Assembly (NCBI GenBank): GCA_051883515.1
Contig: JBJETW010000009.1
Span: 64,421 to 128,420, forward strand
DNA: 64,000 nt
Reading direction: 5' to 3'
From: Candidatus Onthoplasma sp.
Lineage (GTDB): Bacteria > Bacillota > Clostridia > Christensenellales > UBA1242
The translations under genes and the position numbers were made by a program. Below the pieces are notes generated by a model that was not told where the DNA came from, did no database searches, and saw only the letters and a list, made by a program, of their open reading frames with translations. Of the stretch, positions 57,795-64,000 are shown one piece after another (the first letter of the stretch is position 1; the number at the start of each line of letters is the position of its first letter).

Positions 57795-58547
57795 ATGATA
57801 AGAAACGATACAATTCAAAATTATAATAAATTTTTTTGGGATTTTGTAAATCAATATGATACATCAAATAGCAATATATTGCGAAAAATTATACATTGTT
57901 ATAGTGTCGCAGAAAAATGCTATTCAATTGCGTGCACCTTTAAGTTAAACAAAGAACAAAGAAATTTTTGTTATTTAATTGGATTATTGCATGATGTTGG
58001 CAGATTTGAACAATGGAAGTTATATCAAACATACAATGATAAAAAATCTATTGATCATGGAGATTTGGGGGCAGAAATTTTAAAAAAATATGATGCAGAA
58101 ATATTTAACATAACAAATAGACAAAGAGAAGTTATGATTGAATCAATCAAGTGGCACACAAAGCCTTACTTGTATGATGATGAAGAAATTAAATTCTATA
58201 ATGAAATAATTAAAAATGCCGATGCTTTTGCTAATGTTATAACAGTGGCAAATGGTGCTCAACCAATGACAATGACACAAGATGGTGTAACAAAAGAAAT
58301 TTTAAATGATTTTTTGCAATTAAAACCATTGTGGATATATTCTCCAAACACAAAATTAGATAGAGCCCTAATGCTCACCGCTTGTGTATATTATGTGAAA
58401 TATGACCATATACGAAAAGAAATTGTTGAGAAAAATTATATTGATGCTATTTATGATTCATTTATGATATATCTCAATAAGAAAGATAATGAAATATATA
58501 AAAATGCAGTTGAAAATTTAAAATTAAAAATCGTAAAAATTGATTAA
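57795..58547 (+). CDS. HD-domain phosphohydrolase
   Basis: AAAGGGG SD + ATG at 57795 (track ORF starts at GTG 57630); LIGLLHDVGRFEQW, IDHGDLGAE, NADAFANV. Confidence 0.7.
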   Translation: MIRNDTIQNYNKFFWDFVNQYDTSNSNILRKIIHCYSVAEKCYSIACTFKLNKEQRNFCYLIGLLHDVGRFEQWKLYQTYNDKKSIDHGDLGAEILKKYDAEIFNITNRQREVMIESIKWHTKPYLYDDEEIKFYNEIIKNADAFANVITVANGAQPMTMTQDGVTKEILNDFLQLKPLWIYSPNTKLDRALMLTACVYYVKYDHIRKEIVEKNYIDAIYDSFMIYLNKKDNEIYKNAVENLKLKIVKID

Positions 58548-58948
58548 ACCTTTGCAATTATAAAATATGTTATTTCTTATTTGAATTATTTATGAAAAAT
58601 TAAAAATAAAACAACATTTTTTATCACTCAATGTATAATAGAAAGGAATATATTATCAATATAAAATGTTTTGATAATATTTTTTTTGTGATTTAAATAA
58701 TTAACAATTATCTTTGGCAGAATAAAATAGCCAGAAATTCCTACCTAACTATTCATAATAAAGTTGTATATTTAAGCAATATTTTATTCCGATGTTTTAT
58801 ACAAAAACTAAACTACGATAGACTTTGACAAAATCAAATGATATAACGAGCAATTGTAATCTTGCTTAAATTAGCACAAGCATTGTTTAATAGATTTAAT
58901 CCAATTTCCTTTGTCATCTCTATTAAGCCTTAAGTAGTTTAGTGATGG

Positions 58949-59177
58949 TTCTGGCATGACCTTTTAAGTTTCAACAACAAAGTCAGCAACACTTTATAAC
59001 AAATATGTAAATATAAATTGTTCCGAAAACATAATTCAATCATGGGTTGGACACAAAATTGGAAGTACTGTCACAGACGCAGTTTACACACGACATAATA
59101 TAGATGTAGACGATAAGTATATTAATATACTTAATGTGTCAAAATTCTACTCAAATTCTACTCACATGAAAAAATGA
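58949..59177 (+). pseudogene. tyrosine integrase C-terminal remnant (frameshifted)
   Basis: FWHDLLSF.. in one frame, then ..IIQSWVGHKIGSTVTDAVYTRHN..* in another (box II-like GH...Y). Confidence 0.55.
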
Positions 59178-59304
59178 CACACTTTTCCCATACAATATAT
59201 ATAATGTGTCATTTCGCATACCACAATATGTAGTGGTATTTGGCGGGAAGACCGTTATCCAATCCTAACACCAAAATCTATATAGGTGATAGGTGGATTA
59301 AGTT
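59141..59304 (+). repeat. 165-bp direct repeat, copy B
   Basis: See copy A. Confidence 0.9.
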
Positions 59305-59372
59305 AATTATTGTAATAAATTGATTTTTTCTGCCTTTTATGATATAGTATTCTTATATACAAAGGAGAAATT

Positions 59373-61343
59373 ATGAACGACCAATTAAAATCAATATCTA
59401 AGTTATTTTCTGAAAATTTATTTCGCATACCGGATTTTCAAAGAGGATATGCTTGGTCAAATAAAGAAATAGAAGAGTTTTGGAATGATTTAATGCGTTT
59501 AAAGCAAGGAAAAAATCATTATGTAGGAGTTCTAACCTTGGAACAAGTTAATTCTAGTAAATATAATACATGGTTAGATGACTTATGGATTATAAACTCA
59601 AAAAGATATAATCCATTTTATGTAGTTGATGGACAACAAAGGCTGACTACTAGTATTATTCTTATTTCTGCTATTATAGAAGTAATGATAAATAGAAAAG
59701 TAGATAAACTAAACTTTACAAGCCAAGATAAAATAATTGAGAGATTTCTTTATGAAGAAAAAGACGAAACATCAAATAAAACATTTTTATTTTGTTATGA
59801 AAAAGATAATCCAAGTTATTCATTTTTAATTAACAGAATATTTAATCAATCAGATATAGTGGCAACAGAAGAAAATACTATATATAATAATAATTTACTA
59901 AATGCAAAACAATTTTTCTTGTCAAAGCTACAAGATTTGAGTCTTGAAGAGTTGGAAACGGTATATACAAAGATAACACAACATTTTTTATTTAACACTT
60001 ATGAAATTTCTGAAGATATAGATGTATATGTGTCATTTGAAACAATGAATAATAGAGGTAAAAGATTGACTAGACTTGAACTTCTAAAAAATAGATTAAT
60101 ATATATTAGTAGTCTTTTTACAAATGATTCGAGTGAAATTCAAAGATTGAGAGAAAAAATAAACACATGTTGGAAAAATATTTATCACTATTTAGGATTA
60201 AATAAAGACAATCCTTTAAAAGATGATGAGTTTTTGGATGCTCATTTTCATTTGTATTTTTCAAAAGAGCTATATGAAAAGTATAAGACAAGAGAAGATA
60301 GACGATATATGTTTGAGTATTATGACTTTGAGTCTGGAAATTATTTATTGAATAGATATTTCATTCCAGAAAAGGTTGAAACTAATGAACTTCAAATAAA
60401 GACATTATTTGATTATTTAGAAGACTTCAACAAGTGTATTCAAATCTGGTCAAACATACATAATCCAATATTTGCCAATTATGGTGATGATACTAAAGAA
60501 TTACTAAGAAAAATAAACTTCTTATTAGAAAGTGAAGATAATCATTATAATTCTGATTACTATAGGACTTCATATACAAAACTTTTAATCTATGCAGTGA
60601 TAAGTAATGAAAATGCAAATGATATTAAGAAATTTTTGAAAGTGATAGAAAGATATATGTTTATTAAGAATTTCTATCCTTATGAAGTATTTTATAATGA
60701 AAAAGAAAAAATCACACTAGAAGAACTGTTCTATAAATATCAAACAAAAGATATGCAATTTGAGGATGTTATAACCAAAATAGATAGTTATATATCTTTA
60801 ATTACTTCAAACCAAACAGCTATGCAAAAGTTGCTTAATTTTTATAATCGCGGTGGATTTTATAATAAAAAGGCAACCCCTTACATTTTATGGGAATATG
60901 AAAAGAAATTACAAAAAGACAGTAAAAATAAAATACAAAAAATACCTGATTTCAACACTGCCCAAGAAGTGTTTAATTCTATAGAACACATATATCCAAA
61001 ATCACCAAGCTCAAACTATTGGAAATCTAGGTTTAATTTTGGTCGTGGTAATACAAAATATAGGAATTCTTTAGGCAATTTATTAATGTTGTCCCAATCA
61101 AAAAATGAGAAGCTTGCAAATAAACCATTTAATGAAAAGTGTTGTAATAAAGATAACAATTTAGGATATAAATTTGGAAGCTATTCTGAAATGGAAGTTT
61201 CTACTGAAAGTGAATGGTCTCCTAAAACAATATTAAACAGAGGTATTAAAATTATTCATTTTATAAATGAAAGGTGGAATTTAAATATAAAGAAAGCTGA
61301 TTATAAAAAGTTTTTAGGACTAGATAAAAAGGAAGAAGTTTAG
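59373..61343 (+). CDS. DUF262/DUF1524 (GmrSD-family) type IV restriction enzyme-like protein
   Basis: FRIPDFQRGYAW and VVDGQQRLTT (DUF262); C-terminal HIYPKS...GNLLMLSQSKNEKLANKPF (His-Me finger, DUF1524). Confidence 0.8.
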   Translation: MNDQLKSISKLFSENLFRIPDFQRGYAWSNKEIEEFWNDLMRLKQGKNHYVGVLTLEQVNSSKYNTWLDDLWIINSKRYNPFYVVDGQQRLTTSIILISAIIEVMINRKVDKLNFTSQDKIIERFLYEEKDETSNKTFLFCYEKDNPSYSFLINRIFNQSDIVATEENTIYNNNLLNAKQFFLSKLQDLSLEELETVYTKITQHFLFNTYEISEDIDVYVSFETMNNRGKRLTRLELLKNRLIYISSLFTNDSSEIQRLREKINTCWKNIYHYLGLNKDNPLKDDEFLDAHFHLYFSKELYEKYKTREDRRYMFEYYDFESGNYLLNRYFIPEKVETNELQIKTLFDYLEDFNKCIQIWSNIHNPIFANYGDDTKELLRKINFLLESEDNHYNSDYYRTSYTKLLIYAVISNENANDIKKFLKVIERYMFIKNFYPYEVFYNEKEKITLEELFYKYQTKDMQFEDVITKIDSYISLITSNQTAMQKLLNFYNRGGFYNKKATPYILWEYEKKLQKDSKNKIQKIPDFNTAQEVFNSIEHIYPKSPSSNYWKSRFNFGRGNTKYRNSLGNLLMLSQSKNEKLANKPFNEKCCNKDNNLGYKFGSYSEMEVSTESEWSPKTILNRGIKIIHFINERWNLNIKKADYKKFLGLDKKEEV

Positions 61344-61361
61344 ACTTCTTCCTTTTGTGTT

Positions 61362-61601
61362 TTATTGATTGGATTGCAAATGAGTGTAGACTGCATTTGC
61401 TGTTAGGCTAGAAAAGTTGCCGTTGGATTCGGCAAAGTTCTTTAAGTCGGTGGCAAGAATAAAAGCTATGCGCTTTATTTGCTTTTGACTTAATTTTGTT
61501 TTGCCCTGCCTTAACACTTTAGTATTAAGGTTATAAGTGGCTGTGTTTTCTGGTATATCTTCACAATCAATAAAACACTGTTTATCAATAAGTTTTGTCA
61601 T
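61362..61601 (-). CDS. 79-aa conserved island backbone protein
   Basis: Intact copy of the gene inactivated at 55599-55834; function unknown. Confidence 0.6.
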   Translation of the reverse strand: MTKLIDKQCFIDCEDIPENTATYNLNTKVLRQGKTKLSQKQIKRIAFILATDLKNFAESNGNFSSLTANAVYTHLQSNQ

Positions 61602-61883
61602 AATATCATTTTTTTATGATATCGTATGTTAGCTACTTATTGATTTCAATCCGACTTCTTGCATCAATGTTAGAAGTCATTTTAATTATAACATAGTCTT
61701 TTAAATTTTGATAAAGTTTTGACAAAAATATACAAAGTGGGTATCCCACTTGTGTAAGGTATGGGGAGTGGTTCAAAATGAATCATGGCACCTTTCAAGG
61801 TGAAACACCGAAAAAGCCTTATTTTATAAGGGTTTTAAGGTGTGAAAAGTGCATTTTGAGTCCGCTCCTTATCCTGTTCCCCA

Positions 61884-63110
61884 TTATTTTAATGATTTAT
61901 AGATATTTTCAACGATTTTTTCTCTATCTTTGGTATCAAAAATATGAGTTGCAAATTCAAAACACTTTGGCTCGTGTTCTAACATCTTTGATATATTTTC
62001 TTTTTGTTCAACTTCTAAACCCGCACCAGCTTTAATCTGACTATGACAAACTGGACATAGTTTTACTAAATTATCTTCAACATCTAATTCTGTATTTTTG
62101 CCAACAGATATGACGTGGTGGATTTCAAAATATGGTCTATTTGTTTTTCTACTAGTAAATGTTCTATCCTTTATATTATATTCTTCTTGGCAGCAAGCAC
62201 AAACATCAGGTGTGAACAATCTAACAATTTCAACAATTTCCATATTCCTTCTAAATTTGCCTTCAAACTCATCACTGAATCCAATTTCATTTCGTAGGTT
62301 TTGAATATCGAATGTAGAAAGTTCTTTTCCTAATAGCTTTTGCGAATAAATAGCAATTCTATTTTCAAATGTTGTTTTTTGTTGAGAGTTTTTATCTGGC
62401 GTAGTAAAATATATTATATCGTTTTTAATGGGTTTTGGAATAAATCCATAATAAGCATTTTTTATAAGTGCTGCTTTGTAAATATTTATTATTCCTATAT
62501 TTTTAACATACCAAGATAGAATAAATCTTAATTGTGAATTTCTTTTATTTTCGCCGGTAATATATTGATTTTGAAGTTCTCTAAAATTAAAGTTAAGATA
62601 TTCAATCGGAACACATAAAAGGTCAACTAATAATCTAACTCGTTTTAACTCAAATTCACTTTTAAAGAAATAATCTTGAGCTAAATAATCGGCGGTTCCA
62701 TCAACACTTCCACGCAATTCCATAAATCCACGAATAAACATTTTTTTGTTTTCTGTCAATCCATCTTCCAATACAAATGGATTGCTTACGATTTTAGTAT
62801 ATAATTTATTGAAAAAACTTTCTCTATTTAATTGCAAATCATTTTCTAACAAACAAGTGTATTCCGACCTGTTTATTCCTTCAATTTTATCCATTGTCCA
62901 AACATTTTGTCCTGAAAACTTATTTAGAATATCTAAATAGTATTTTTTACTCTTTAAATAAAATTCCATATCATCGCAAAATTTTGATGATTTATATGTA
63001 GATATTGAATAAATGTATTTACTATCGTCAGTTATTTCAAAACGGCCATAGAATGCACCAAGAAGAAATGGTGTAATATCATCTTTTTCTAAAAATTCAC
63101 TTACTTTCAT
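61884..63110 (-). CDS. HNH-motif restriction endonuclease candidate
   Basis: GGAG SD + ATG at 63110; C-terminal CACC..FEIHHVISV..NLVKLCPVCHSQI (HNH with CxxC pairs); divergent from an m5C methyltransferase. Confidence 0.65.
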   Translation of the reverse strand: MKVSEFLEKDDITPFLLGAFYGRFEITDDSKYIYSISTYKSSKFCDDMEFYLKSKKYYLDILNKFSGQNVWTMDKIEGINRSEYTCLLENDLQLNRESFFNKLYTKIVSNPFVLEDGLTENKKMFIRGFMELRGSVDGTADYLAQDYFFKSEFELKRVRLLVDLLCVPIEYLNFNFRELQNQYITGENKRNSQLRFILSWYVKNIGIINIYKAALIKNAYYGFIPKPIKNDIIYFTTPDKNSQQKTTFENRIAIYSQKLLGKELSTFDIQNLRNEIGFSDEFEGKFRRNMEIVEIVRLFTPDVCACCQEEYNIKDRTFTSRKTNRPYFEIHHVISVGKNTELDVEDNLVKLCPVCHSQIKAGAGLEVEQKENISKMLEHEPKCFEFATHIFDTKDREKIVENIYKSLK

Positions 63111-63235
63111 ATTATTATCTCCAAGGAAGAAAAACATCATAATTTAATTATATCAAAAATAGTTGTTTTTTCAAATAATATATGATATTATTATTTGTGA
63201 GGTAATAAAAAATCATCCCTCACAAGGAGAATTTT

Positions 63236-64000
63236 ATGAAATTTAATGTTTTAGACCTATTTTGTGGTGCTGGTGGTTTCTCTGCTGGATTAGAATTGAA
63301 TGATAATTTTTCTACTGTTGTAGGATTAGATTTTGAAAAATATGCAATTGAAACTTTTTCAAAAAACTTTCCCAAAGCAGTTGCTATTTGTGGAGATATC
63401 CTTGACCCAAACATTAAAAAACAAGTTATTGAAGAAAGCAAAAAACATAACGTTAATATGATAATAGGTGGACCACCTTGTCAGGGGTTTAGTTTAAAAG
63501 GTAAAAATTTAGGATTAGACGACCCTAGAAATTTTTTATTCAAAGAATATTTAAACATTGTAAAAGAACTTCAACCGGAAGTGTTTATAATTGAAAATGT
63601 TAAAAACATTCTTAATTCTACTAGCCATTTTTTCAGAGATGAAATACTAAAAGAAATAAAAGCCCTTGGTTATATTGTAAATTATGGAGTTGTAAATGCA
63701 AAAAACTATGGTGTTCCACAAAATAGAGAACGAGCATTGTTTATTGCTAGTAAAACAAAATTTATAAATTTTCCAAACCCACAAGATATCAAAACGACAG
63801 TTAGAGATGCTATTTCAGATTTAGCTTATCTGGAAAGTGGTCAAGGTAATGAAATATCTGAATATAGAAATGAACCACAAAGCAACTATCAAAGAATGTT
63901 GCGTGGTAAATGCTTACAATATCATAAAGCTTCAACCCACTCAAAACTTGCAATTGAAAAATTAAAGATGATACCACCAGAAAGTGGCAAAGAATACTTG
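63236..64000 (+). CDS. DNA (cytosine-5) methyltransferase, 3' end outside window
   Basis: AAGGAGA SD; motif I DLFCGAGGFS, motif IV GGPPCQGFS, ENV and QNRER motifs; open to the window end (not in the track). Confidence 0.92.
   Translation, partial: MKFNVLDLFCGAGGFSAGLELNDNFSTVVGLDFEKYAIETFSKNFPKAVAICGDILDPNIKKQVIEESKKHNVNMIIGGPPCQGFSLKGKNLGLDDPRNFLFKEYLNIVKELQPEVFIIENVKNILNSTSHFFRDEILKEIKALGYIVNYGVVNAKNYGVPQNRERALFIASKTKFINFPNPQDIKTTVRDAISDLAYLESGQGNEISEYRNEPQSNYQRMLRGKCLQYHKASTHSKLAIEKLKMIPPESGKEYL

Larger units (their letters stand above)
54810..59140. mobile_element. island A: decayed integrative island (HEPN, HD, small proteins, integrase remnant)
   Basis: Bounded by 165-bp direct repeats; shares a backbone module with island B. 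Confidence 0.55.
59141..64000. mobile_element. island B (GmrSD-like, backbone gene, R-M system); right end outside window
   Basis: Starts at repeat copy B; shares the 79-aa gene and flanking non-coding module with island A. Confidence 0.5.

Overview
AT-rich chromosomal segment of a Bacillota-type bacterium. Lineage markers are the rplU-prp-rpmA operon, a long Bacillus-type SRP RNA, SpmA/SpmB, a SpoIVFB-like protease and MinDE. The standard genetic code applies, with TGA used as a stop. Core genes include the 3' part of nifJ, tex, polA, metK behind a SAM-I riboswitch, a GT8/acyltransferase envelope cluster and a 1962-aa surface protein. There are two accessory regions. (1) 19.6-32.1 kb: two unrelated integrative elements are stacked in the 3' half of tRNA-Leu(CAA). 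A decayed 4.2-kb tyrosine-integrase island carries a small terminase, a ParB-like protein, a methyltransferase-like protein, an SPL-type radical SAM enzyme and DUF488. It duplicated the tRNA 3' half. An 8.2-kb serine-recombinase element then inserted into the displaced tRNA copy. That element carries an HUH Rep, a sigma-like protein, an iteron array, long hairpins and a two-gene cargo with a zinc-ribbon/PD-(D/E)xK protein I cannot assign to a named system. (2) 54.8-64 kb: tandem islands are delimited by 165-bp direct repeats and share a backbone. They carry different defence-type cargo: an Rx4H HEPN protein, an HD protein, a GmrSD-like enzyme, and an HNH endonuclease with an m5C methyltransferase. 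Scattered oddities include MazF with a non-RHH acidic partner, a Rho paralogue lacking Walker A, two degenerate actin-fold proteins upstream of minDE, a HEPN-like/CBS fusion and a sharp-edged duplication of the tRNA-Leu 5' end plus its upstream region. No CRISPR array, reverse transcriptase or rRNA was seen. All family assignments rest on motifs read by eye, not on database searches.
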